Of a stretch of 64,000 nt of DNA, positions 39,746 through 51,176 are shown piece by piece. Below the pieces are notes generated by a model. It saw only the letters and a program-made list of their open reading frames with translations. It ran no database searches and was not told the DNA's origin. Every line of letters starts with the position of its first letter. Position 1 is the first letter of the stretch. The translations under genes and the position numbers were made by a program. Source of the stretch: Octopus sinensis (lineage: Eukaryota); NCBI RefSeq assembly GCF_006345805.1, contig NC_043003.1:108624001-108688000 (forward strand). The letters are read 5' to 3'.

Positions 39746-41051
39746 ATATCATCATCATCATCATCATTTAACGTCCGCTTTCCATGCTAGCATGGGTTGG
39801 ACGGTTCAACTGGGGTCTGGGGAGCCCGAAGGCTGCACCAGGCCAGTCAGATCTGGCAGTATATATATAAAATGGATGAACAAAATCAAGGATCAAGAAG
39901 AAAAAAACGAGAGAGACAATGTTTAATAAAGAAGAGTCCTTAACATTTCGGACGTTAATCTTTCATCAGATCAAAGTAAAAAAAAAAAAAAAAAAGGAAG
40001 AAAAGGGTTGGGAAGACAGAAAAACATAGACATATGTTAGTTTAACTCCTAAGTAGACAAGGGAAAAACATGGACAGGAAATGATTTTTCAAGAATCTGC
40101 AGTATTAGAGGGTGAGTGAGAAACATACATCTGAAAAGTATTTAGTGCAGGGTGAAGGTAATCATCATCATCATCGTTTAACATCCATTTTTCATGCTAG
40201 CATGGGTTGGACGATTTGACTGAGGACTGGCGAACCAGATGGCTGCACCAGGCTCCAATCTTGATTTGGTAGAGTTTCTACAGCTGGATGCCCTTCCTAA
40301 CGTCAACCACTCAGAGAGTGTAGTGGGTGCTTTTACGTGTCACCAGCATGGGTGCCAGTTAGGTGGTACTGGCAACAACCTCACTCAAATGATTTTTCAC
40401 GTGCCAGTAAAGCGACGCTGGTAATGAGCACACTCAAACAGTGCCTTTTATGTCACATAGAAGGCAAAGAAGTGAACTCCTCAGGGTTGTTTCATCTCCA
40501 AAGAACTGTAGCAAAATTTTGCAAATAACATTTTACCATTTTGCCAAAAATAACAAACACATTGTAAAAATGTTGTCTTAAAATTACCAAATTACAGGAT
40601 GGTCATGGCTAGAATACCTTTGATCTGCTCAATCAGAGCTGAGTTGGGTTTAAACAAGAATGAAACCAACAACTGCAGAGAAATTTCCTTCAGTCAGTTC
40701 CATAAGAACTGGAGTAATTCTCTTGTAAAAAGAACAAGTAATTAAATCAAATTGATTTGTTAAATTATTATCACCAATAAGACCATCAATTGCTTGACCC
40801 TTTTTTCCATCAGATTCTTTCATCCGTTAACGAGGGATTATGAAAATTACCCTTGAAAGTTACACACATGGTAAAATTGGTTTCAGCACAGAAAATCAAA
40901 TCAACTTTTAAATATTACTTCTGCCTAATGCAGTGAGTTTCAATTCCACACGGAACTTCTAAGCTGGTGGGTGGACTGGAATAAAGTATTTTTGAGGGAG
41001 ACAGACAAGAAGGATAGATAGATAGATAGATAGATAGATAGAGAGATAGAT

Positions 41052-41092
<41 letters not shown>

Positions 41093-41824
41093 GTGGGAAA
41101 GCATAGTTTATCCATAGCAGAGTCATTTACAACATCGAATTCTACAGAGTAGTGTAGACTGTTAACACTAGAGATGATGGAAGTAAATTCTTTGACGGCC
41201 CTTTTAGTTCAGTGAAGCAACATTAAACAGAGGAACAGAAAACAAAACAAAAATGGTTGAAAACAGAAACAGGTTCCATTCCTGCAGAAAGATGCTATTT
41301 TATTTTTCATATAAAGAAATGTTATAATGTCTGAGAGAGAAAAGGCAATGAATGAGGCGTAGGAAAAGATGGATAGAAGAGAAGGAGAGGCTGTGTTTGT
41401 GTGAAAGACAGAAAGAGTAAGCATGTGGATATATGCAGCAGAGAGAATGAACATACATGCAGGATGTGTGCAAAGTGTGCATGTGAGTGCAAGGCATGAC
41501 CATTCATGCATGCATGTATATCAACTAGACTCAGCTTTATCCTAAATGCGTGTGCACTCATGTGTGTGTGCGCGCACACAAGTCCATGTCAACACTGTTT
41601 AAATATACACTAGCATGTGTGCACTACAGACTGTAGAAACACCGCAGAAAACAATTGCATGCACTAATAAGTGCTTTTCGTATGCATTCATGCATGCATG
41701 TATGCTTGCATTAACAAACAGTAAATAAACTTTGAGGCATACATTAACACCCCCCCCTTCATTTCTATTGACTGTAAATGCATGTACAAGCAAACATATG
41801 CAATTAGACTAGGAAATTATAAAT

Positions 41825-42029
41825 AGACACACACACACACACACACATATATAGACACACACAACACACACACATATAGACACACACATACACACACACA
41901 TATAGACACACACATACACACACACATACAGACACACACACACACATAGGCACACACACACACATATAGGCACACACACACACACATATAGACACACACA
42001 CACACATATAGACACACACACACACACAC

Positions 42030-42063
<34 letters not shown>

Positions 42064-42178
42064 CACACACACACAAAACCGATGCTTCTCTCCATCTGTT
42101 CTGTCTGTCTGTCCCTCTTTCATCCCATATTCTGAAGACATTACCATTTCCTTGTATACATACAGGCATTGACGCACG

Positions 42179-42250
<72 letters not shown>
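41825..42250. repeat. compound (CA)n microsatellite with a ~20-bp higher-order unit
   Basis: Repeated acacacacatatagac blocks and a long pure (CA)n run. Confidence 0.9.
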
Positions 42251-42253
<3 letters not shown>

Positions 42254-42678
42254 GCATTACTGCCAAAACTCTTGCAAATTTATACACAATTTGCACGTTG
42301 CACTACACTAAAGAAATATGCGCAGATACACAGAGGAAGACACGCATGCACAAGCATGACAACATGCACGTACGCAGAGAGACACGTCAGTATACAAGTG
42401 AAAGAAAAAGCCTTTGAAAATTATGAATAAGTTATGAGAAATAGTGAGTGTGAAATGTGTGCACCCTACTCTACCCTTTTGCACAATGTACAGTGCTAGG
42501 ATACAATAAATGTGCATTTATGTGGATGGGATTATAATAAAAACAAAACTACCAACCACCTTTTCCCTTCTCTCTCTCTCTCTCTCTCTCACATACCCAC
42601 AAACCTTTGAATATGGTCATGCCAGCCATGAGGAGATAAAAGAGACTTGTGAGTAATAGCAACGGTACTGGTTAGACT

Positions 42679-42713
<35 letters not shown>

Positions 42714-42923
42714 GGGTTATTCTAAAGAGGAGGGGTGTTGGGTTTAAAATGACAGAGGTGGGAAAGAGAGATTTGGAAGATGAAAAGAGGAGACAGAAAC
42801 ACCACCGACCCCCTTTTAACTCCATCCAAAAAGTAAAAAAAGGAGGGAGTAGAAGTCAATAGTAAAGTAGGGGTACAGAGGAATGATGTGCAAGGTACAT
42901 TTGATCATGGAGTGACACTACAA

Positions 42924-43170
42924 AGATTGATAAGGTTCATTTGAGAAGGGGCTGAGCATAGAAAGTTGATAAGGCATATTTAATTGAGTGAGGGCCATAT
43001 GAGGTTGGTAAGGTTCATTTGATTAAGAGGGTGGCTATAGAAGGTTGGTTAGTTTCATTAGGCAAGGAGGTTACCATGGAATGTTGACACAATCCATTTG
43101 ATAAGGGGATGGCTTGGAAAGGGTGGAGAGCTTTGTTTTTAAAGGAGGAGGCCACTGAATGTTGATGTAC
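42924..43170. repeat. degenerate ~38-bp purine-rich minisatellite
   Basis: Recurring gttgataaggttcatttga...atagaa units. Confidence 0.5.
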
Positions 43171-43780
43171 TTTAATTTCATTTATGTGGTGGGGGCAAAA
43201 TATAAGACAGTGACCAGATGTGAAGTCCGAACTGGAGGCTTTTGCTTAGTCTCAGATCAATTCTGACTCAGCAGGCCTAGAATCAAAAGCGTCTGTTTTA
43301 GAGATATGCTTAAGATAGTATTACCAAAGGTGTTGTTCCTTTATTCAGTATGTTCAGTAGGATGAGATTTAACCCTTTCATTACTGCATTTCTGTTGAAA
43401 GAACTACCTTTAGTTTTTATCTTTTACTTGTCTCAGTCATTTGATTGTGGGCTTGATGGGGTAACACCTTGAAGGATTCTAGTTGATTGAATCAACCCCA
43501 GGGCTTTTTCCTTTTTTTAAGATTAGTACTTATTTTATCGAGCTCTTTTGCTGAATCACTAAGTTACGGGGACATGTGTCTGTGTTTGTCCCCACCATCA
43601 CCACCACTGCCTGACAACCAGTGAAGGATACAGACACAAATATATATAATTTTAAATTAATAATAAAAGGGTAAAATTTATCAATTAAATTAATTAATTA
43701 ATCAATCAATTAATTAATAATTTCACCAAGTAGATCGGTACGTTAAAATAACCTTTATAGGTAAAATTATATAAATATTT

Positions 43781-43971
43781 TATAATTAGGGTTCAGCTGA
43801 TTGCTTCACCACATACCGAATTTAGAAATAGGAGTTAAAAATTCCTTTTCTACTACTATAAGAATCTCCATGACGATTCTCATGGAAATTTTTATAGTAG
43901 TAGAAATGGAATTTTAACTCCTATTTCTAAATTCGGTATGTGATGAAGCAATTAGCTGAACCCTAATTATA
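43781..43971. repeat. ~92-bp-arm hairpin with 6-nt loop, same family as 25595-26127
   Basis: tataattagggttcagctg...ctccatga cgattc tcatgga...cagctgaaccctaattata (right arm has a few substitutions). Confidence 0.85.
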
Positions 43972-45834
43972 ATTAAGTTTATAATTATAAAATATTTGTA
44001 TATATATATGTATACACACAGACATACACACACACATTATATATATATATATCTTTTACTTGCTTCAGTCATTAGACTGCAGCCATGCTAGTGTACTGTC
44101 TTCAAGAATTTTTCATTGAATAAATTGACATCAGTGCTTATTTTTTTAAAGTCTGACACTTACTCTATCAGTGGTTTTTGTCAAATCCCCAAGGTATGGG
44201 GATGTAAACAAACCAGTACCGGTTGTCAAGTGGTGGTAGGGAACAAACACAGACAATGAGCCACCTTTAGGTTCTGTCTACCAAATCCACTCACAACACC
44301 TCAGTAGGTCCAAAGCTATAATAGAAGATACCTTCCCAAGGAGCCAAACAGTGTGACCAAACCCAGAACCTTGTGTTTGGGACGCAAACTTCTTAACACA
44401 TTTAGTAAAATAACTGTCATTATTAAACTGGTGTTTGGAACAAATTAAATGGAAATTTGATGGAAGATCTTAATTTAGAAAACTTTAAAATAATAAGTTT
44501 GTCTCAAAGAATCAAGAGCAGTTTCAGGCCAGTTGGTATCAATAACATTGAGGGAGATTTGGATGTTATTTCTAACAGGTCAGGCAACTATGTAGAGGCA
44601 CCTCTGTTGGGTCCCTGAAATGGTGTTAATGTAAGATGGAAAATCACCAGTGATAGATTGATCCACTAGAAATAGCGAATCAATCAATCACCAACAAACT
44701 CCTTCAATTTAATTGAATACACTTCAGAACCATCCTGTCATGGACTCATTATTACCCTCGTTATCCATGTTGTTTAATGTCCCTTTCCCATGTTGGTGTG
44801 GCTTGCACAGTTTGACATGGAGCTGGCCAGCCTCAGATTGATCTATGTTCCAATTGTTTTTGTTTCAGCAGGATTTCTATTGCTGGGTGACCTTCCTAAA
44901 GCCACCCACTTTACAGAGTCTGCTGGGTGCTTCTTACAATGCAGCACTGGCTCATGCAAATTATGCAGCACCAGCACAAGTGCATTTTACAGGTATATAT
45001 AAATATATATATATATAAATATATAAATATATATATAAATATATAAATATATATATATATATATTGTCACGAGTCTTGGTTCCTTGTCCCATTGGTTCAA
45101 TTAGTCTTTTTTTTCAAGTCAGTAGAATGTTTGATTATACAAAGGCTTCATCATTGTTTGTGCATATTTTAGCTGTTTATCTCCATCCAGGTCAGCTCTG
45201 ATTATCCAAGAGGATCCAATTTGCAGATATCCTATCACATTTTTCTCCAAGCATAGCGTATGTATTTATATGTATTTACCCAAGGTGAAAATTTTCTGCT
45301 TTCTTATTTTTTACAGATGGTATGCTGTGATCTGAGGGAAATTTGTCTGATATTTCTACAAAATCAAGCAACCATAAGATCCTTTGAACTGGATGTAATC
45401 CACAAGTCAATTCCAAGCTGTGACTAGAGTCATACTATAGACAGATAAATGGGGTATGCCTATGAACTCTGAATAATGAGTGTGGGTCTGTTTGTCAACA
45501 TACACATATTCTATAGTGATTTTTTTCTTTTTTACACTTACACACAGAAGCTTATACAGGTGTACGCATCTTACAGGTCTCAGACTTGTTTCATAATTTT
45601 CATAAAACTATAAGAACAGCAAAATGAGTGTAACTCATAGAATGAAATACATTCCACATCCAAAGAATATTAAGCTGCTTTAGCTTAGATTATGGATTCC
45701 CAGTCATATAATACAATATGTATATGTGTGTGTGTGTGTATCTATATACATGTATTATATATGTATGTATGTATTATATATGTATATATGTGTATGTATT
45801 ATATGTGTGTGTGTGTGCATAATATATATGTATT

Positions 45835-46137
45835 ATCACCGTGATCGACCAGGCTATCAGATGTTGCAACACATCGCTGGTCACAATGCACTTCGCATTG
45901 TTTAACCTTCAAATGACGCCACCCCGTTGGCTAAGCAAGGAGGCCAACACAAGAAAGAGTGAGAGAAAGTTGCGGCGAAAGAGTACAGCAGAGTTCGCCA
46001 CCATCCCCTGCCAGAGCCTCGTGGAGCTTTAGGTGTTTTCGCTCAATAAACACTCACAACACCCGGTCTGGGAATCGAAACCGCAATCCTACAACCGCGA
46101 GTCCGCTGTCCTAACCACTGGGCCATTGCACCTCCAC
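45835..46137 (-). mobile_element. tRNA-derived SINE, family C
   Basis: Minus head gtggaggtgcaatggcccagtggttaggacagcgg...ggtttcgattccc; 5' ~190 bp shared with 60743-61020. Confidence 0.8.
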
Positions 46138-46203
46138 ATATATATGTATTATATGTGTGTATAATGTGTGTGTGTGCGTGTGTATAGGTGCATATAATAT
46201 ATA

Positions 46204-46580
46204 TCAGGTTATCCCATAAGTTCTGTCCGATTTTACCTTTTTTAAAACTGAATGAAATTTGATAGTATTTTAGAATGTGTAAGGAATTAAAAATTATTTT
46301 TATGCATTTGTGTACATTTAAACTAATTAAATATTATTTTGCAGAATTAAAATTTGATTAAAACTCTTTCTAACATGGAAGTATCCAAAGAGCATTTGAG
46401 GCACATAATGCTCTATGAGTACAAAAAAAGGAAACTCTGCAGCCGAAGCGACTCGAAACATACACTCAGTTTATGGGAAAGAATGCTTGAATGAAAGAAC
46501 TTGCAGAAGATGGTTTGCAAAATTCAGAAGTGGAGATTTCAGCTTTGAAGATGAAGATTGAACAGGACTTCCAGTTGAGT
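46204..46580 (+). mobile_element. mariner 5' fragment (TIR plus HTH domain relic)
   Basis: TA then TCAGGTTATCCCATAAG; from ATG 46375 MEVSKEHLRHIMLYEYKK, frameshift, GNSAAEATRNIHSVYGKECLNERTCRRWFAKFRSGDFS. Confidence 0.85.
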
Positions 46581-47319
46581 TTGATGAAAAAGTGCCACAC
46601 CCTAGCAGTTGAGGGAACCTGTGGAAGAGGTAGACCCAAGAAGACCTGGGATGAGGTGGTGAAGCACAGCCTTCGAACATTAGGCCTCACCAAGGCAATG
46701 ACTAGTGACTGAGACCTTTGGAAATATGCTGTGTTTGAAAAGACCCGGTAAGCCAAGTGAGACCATAACCCATGGCCTATGCAGGGGTATAACCAGTCCA
46801 CTTATGCATACCTTTCCTTCATTGGACACTAAACTCTGCTTGAGAAGACCTGTTGAGGCAAGTGAAATCGAAATCAAATTCGATGACTGTCATCCGTGCT
46901 ACTGGTACACAAAGAGCACTATTCAAGCGTGATCGTTGCCAGAGCATCTGACCGGCTTCCATGCCGGTGGCACATAAAAAGCACCATTCGAGCATGATCG
47001 TTACCAGCATCGCTTTACTGGCACTTGTGCTGGTGGCACGTGAAAAAACATTAGAGTGAGGTCTGGCTCCTGTGCAGGTGGCATTTAAAAAACACCATTT
47101 GAGTGTGGCCGCTGCCAGTACCACCTGACTGGCTCTTGTACTGGTAGCATGTAAAAACACCTACTACACTCACGTAGCAGTTGGCATTAGGAAGGGCATC
47201 CAGGTGTAGAAACTCTGCCAGATCAGATTGGAGTGTGGTGCAGCCATCTGGTTTACCAGTCCTCAGTCAAATCGTCCAACCCATGCCAGCATGGAAAGCG
47301 GACGTTAAACGATGATGAT
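46571..47319 (+). mobile_element. 5'-truncated RTE-clade LINE (ORF end, repetitive 3' UTR, (GAT)n tail)
   Basis: KKCHTLAVEGTCGRGRPKKTWDEVVKHSLRTLGLTKAMTSD; tandem ~65-bp UTR units; ends ggacgttaaacgatgatgat. Confidence 0.85.
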
Positions 47320-47576
47320 ATATATGATATATATATATTGCCTAAATTAGATACACTCACTCAAATATATGTATACATATATGTGTGTTAGTATATATAT
47401 ATATATATATGGACAGACGTGAACAGCGCAGCAAAGGTTAAAACTTAGATTAAGATATCAACTTGGATATGAGATACATATCTATCCACTCTACCTAGTG
47501 TATTGAGTTCTATACCAGGCAATGTTTGTGTTGTGTAAAATATATTATTGAATACATTCTACTACTACAATTACAT

Positions 47577-47627
<51 letters not shown>

Positions 47628-48162
47628 CCATTCTACCACCCACACATTCTACTTCATTCTCATTCCATTTCTTTTCCTAACATCGTCTTTCTTCATTTTC
47701 TCCATTTTTACTGTTTTTCTCTGTTTGTTTGTCATATTTTCTGTTGATCACCACACCTTATGACAAGAAAGCTTTACACAGGTAAGCAAATTCCATCAAT
47801 TTTTAGTCATAACTTGCCTGAAGGGCTTGTGCACTCACAAGCGGAACTCAGAGTCACCAGAAACTGGCTCAACCAAAATATATTATCAGTCTCTACTATG
47901 GTATTGAGTACACTTTTCCTGAGTACTCTTTTGTCAGACAGTCAATATAAAATATGTATGCATGTGTGTGTGTGTGTTTAATAAAAAATAGAGGAGAGAA
48001 GGTGAAAATAAAAAAATGAAGACAGAGAGAGAGAAATAAAATAAGAAAAAGAAAGTCTAAGGAGCAAAAAGCTAGGAGGAAAATGAAACAAAAAAAAATG
48101 AAAAAGTAGAATAGGAAGAGACAAATAAATATAAAAAAGATGAGAGGAAATAAAGAATTTAC

Positions 48163-48298
48163 CTTGTTTTAGCTTTAACATCATCGTCCATAAAACAGAG
48201 ATGTTGAAGGTAACCAGCCGAGTCTGCTTTGATGGCATCGTTGGGACTGCCAAGGAAATCTATCACCTCCTGCAGATCTGGCTTTCGTAGTCTTGGAG
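48163..48298 (-). CDS. CTNND2: p120/delta-catenin family exon (ARM1): xPRLRKPDLQEVIDFLGSPNDAIKADSAGYLQHLCFMDDDVKAKT; most 5' coding exon found
   Basis: Acceptor tctcttccag, donor AG|GTAAAT, 136 nt, phase 1 to 2. Matches the family motif WRxPxLxEVIxxL...YLQHLC. Symbol is a family-level call, not proven orthology. Confidence 0.9.
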
Positions 48299-48536
48299 CT
48301 GGAAGAGAAACCATGTTATGAGATGAGAGAGAGGGAGAGGGGGAGAGAGATGCAGTGTAAAGATAGGACAAAAGAGAGATGAGTGAAAGAGAGAAGTACA
48401 AAGGGAGAGGGAGAGAGAGAGAGAGAAGGGAGTTGATGTAGAGGGAAAGGAAAGAAGAGGGAAGTAGATGAGTAAAAGAGAGACATGAGAGAGAGAGAGA
48501 GAGAGGGAGGGAGGGTGAGCTGATGTACAGTGAAAG

Positions 48537-48568
<32 letters not shown>

Positions 48569-48666
48569 GAGGGAGAGAGAGAGACTGAAGTAATAAGAGA
48601 GTCATTCAGCAGGAAGTAAAAATATTGATTAGTTTATTCAGTCATTGAATATTTCATGGGTTAAGC

Positions 48667-48704
<38 letters not shown>

Positions 48705-49408
48705 TATACATCTAGACATACATACACTAATACACAAGCACAGTGCTAAACATACACAAGACAATATACACACAGGCAAACAGCAGAGGTAGAGAGATGC
48801 CACGAATAAGGGGCTGGAGGTGGGCCCTGGGCTATTCACAAGAAACCGTTGACAATACTTAATAACAGTAGCTTCTTTGAGCAAAGATCGTTATTGCCTG
48901 TCCGTGTCTTATTATTGTCTCAGAGGCTTCACTAATCAGTCTGGTGGGAAAGACTGGTGAGATAAAGTTTATTTTAAATTTAACAGCTATTAAGCAGGCA
49001 GACAGACACCTCGCTCTATAAATATTAATGTTAGTCAGATGAAAACAAGGTTTTGTACTTCAGTACATAATGAAGCAACGAACGGTAAACAGTTCAGAGT
49101 TGGTTGGAATATCAAAATAGACATCAGCTATAAATTGTGATGTATTAAGTGAGGTGAGGCACAAGCATGGCTGTGTGTTTTAACTCTTTTGCGACACAGT
49201 GTTTTGGCAGGTGTAGCCCAAAAAGACCAACATTTTTTTCTGAGATTGATATTGATGAGGTCATGTAGAAAACAAATGATAAATTGCCTAAAAGTGTGTG
49301 TGTATAATATATATATATATATGTATGTATGTATTATGTGTGTGTGTGTGTGTGTATAATATATATATATGTGAGTGTGTGTATATCTTGAAATACTAAA
49401 GAGTAAAT

Positions 49409-49743
49409 TTACTCAATAAAATTGCCATTGGCTTCAACCGTGGCCTCCATGCAACTTCGGAATCTCTTGCAGCTCTTCTGGATGGTCACCTTGTTTAATT
49501 TGGTGAATGCTGCCATGATCCTTGCCTTCGGTTCATCTTTGGTGTTACAAGGAGTTTTGTTGGTCTCTTGCTCAACTGCACCCCACATATAATAACCAAA
49601 GGGGTTGCAGTCTGGGAAGTTAGGTGGCCAGATGTTAAGGGTAATGTGGTTGCAGAAATTGTCTGGCAGCTGTGACTGGGTTCTCCTGCTTGTGTGGAAT
49701 GGTGCAGTGTCCTGCTGCCAGATGCAGGGTCTTCCAGCAGCCA
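49409..49743 (-). mobile_element. Tc1/mariner-superfamily transposase C-terminal fragment
   Basis: Stop-free translation GRPCIWQQDTAPFHTS...WPPNFPDCNPFGYYMWGAVE...VEANGNFIE* containing QQDxAPxH and WPPxSPDxNP-like motifs. Confidence 0.85.
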
Positions 49744-51176
49744 GGTAAAAGTTTTATATCTTATCTACAGAAAGATGATCCCTGACTGGCTATTATCGCA
49801 CTTCAAAACATTTGTTTCATTGGGCAGATGTATTAGACTCAAAATCTTTTCAGCTTGTATTGCTCAGGCTGATGAATAAGCCCAGGTGCCACAAGAGGGT
49901 TAAAAAGCTTTACGAGTGGATTGACACCTGTCAAACGCAGGTGTGGCTGTGTGGTCAGAAGTCTGCTTCCCAATTACAGGGTTCCAGACTCTGCATGGCT
50001 CCTTGAGCAAGTGTCTTCTACTATAACCCTGGCTGCCCAAAGCCTTATGCATGGATTTTGTAGGCAGAAACTGAAAGAAGCTAGTCTGTGAGGTCTTAGT
50101 GTTTGTCCCTACCACCACTTGATAAACAGTGTTGGTTTGTTTATATCCTAGTAAAAAGAGGCTAATAGAACAAGTACCAAAGACTTAAAAATAAAAAGCA
50201 CTGGGGTTTTGTTCAGCTAAGCCCCTTCAAGGCAGTGCCCTGTGCATGTGGGTAAACATTTGTCTTAATGTGATAGAAAATGAACATCCCTGTCATACAA
50301 GCAATGTTGTTAGTTTCCAGTCTTCCATGAGAAAGATGCCTAGCTTTTGGGAAATATTACCTTGCTTGGAAACAGATGGTGGTTGGTGACAGGAAGGGTG
50401 TATCACTTCAGAAACTCAACCTCAATGAATTCTGTTCAACCCATGCAAGCATCATCATCATTTAATGTCCGTTGTCCATGCTGGCATGGGTTGGACCAAG
50501 CATGGAAAGTAAATGTTAACCACTGATGATCATAATGAATTATTACTTTAACCCTTTTGATAACAACCCACCTGAGACGGCCCCTGATTCTATGATACAA
50601 ACATTGGCTTAATAGTGACAGTTATTTCACTAAATTATTCTCCAAACCAACTGAAACAAAGGCAGCGTATTTTAACAGAAATATAGAAGCAAAAGGGTTC
50701 AGCAATGTAAATTTTTTTTTTAAGCCACAACATAAAATTGTGAATGAAAGAAGTTAATTATTCCAATCTGGCTGAACAAACAGCAATAAAAGGGAAAAAA
50801 TTCTGTATTCTGACCACAGAAAGTTCATTTCTGTATCTAAAGAACAGAAATCTATTTGATTAGTGAATGCTTTCAAGTGGAGTTATTTAGCGAAAACCGT
50901 ATCTTTAATATGGAAACCCCTTTACAAAATCTTAGGGCTGCATTTGCTTTTATTATAACATCCATTGTTCCATACTTGCGTCAGACAGACTGTAATGAAG
51001 CATAGTTTCAATGGCTGGAGGACATTCCTCCCTATGTCCAGACATGTTTCCACACAATATTGGAAAAATATGACACTGTTTGTATGACAGTGACACAACT
51101 ATTATACACACACACACAAAAACATAATAAGCATCTTTCAAGTTTGCCAACCAAAACCACTCGCAAGGCTTTGTGC

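Noticed and set aside
41804-42417. Cys-Val and His-Thr repeat ORFs
   Set aside because: (CA)n/(TG)n microsatellite.
46885-47160. Regularly spaced ~30-bp conserved blocks with variable intervening sequence, superficially CRISPR-like
   Set aside because: They are the tandem 3' UTR units of the RTE LINE, recurring with the same intervening sequences in other copies; eukaryotic context and no cas genes.
48857-48940. Possible exon upstream of ARM1 (LISEASETIIRHGQAITIFAQKKLLLL) with acceptor cttttcccaccag-like signal
   Set aside because: Weak donor and no similarity to catenin sequence; cannot be supported without transcripts.
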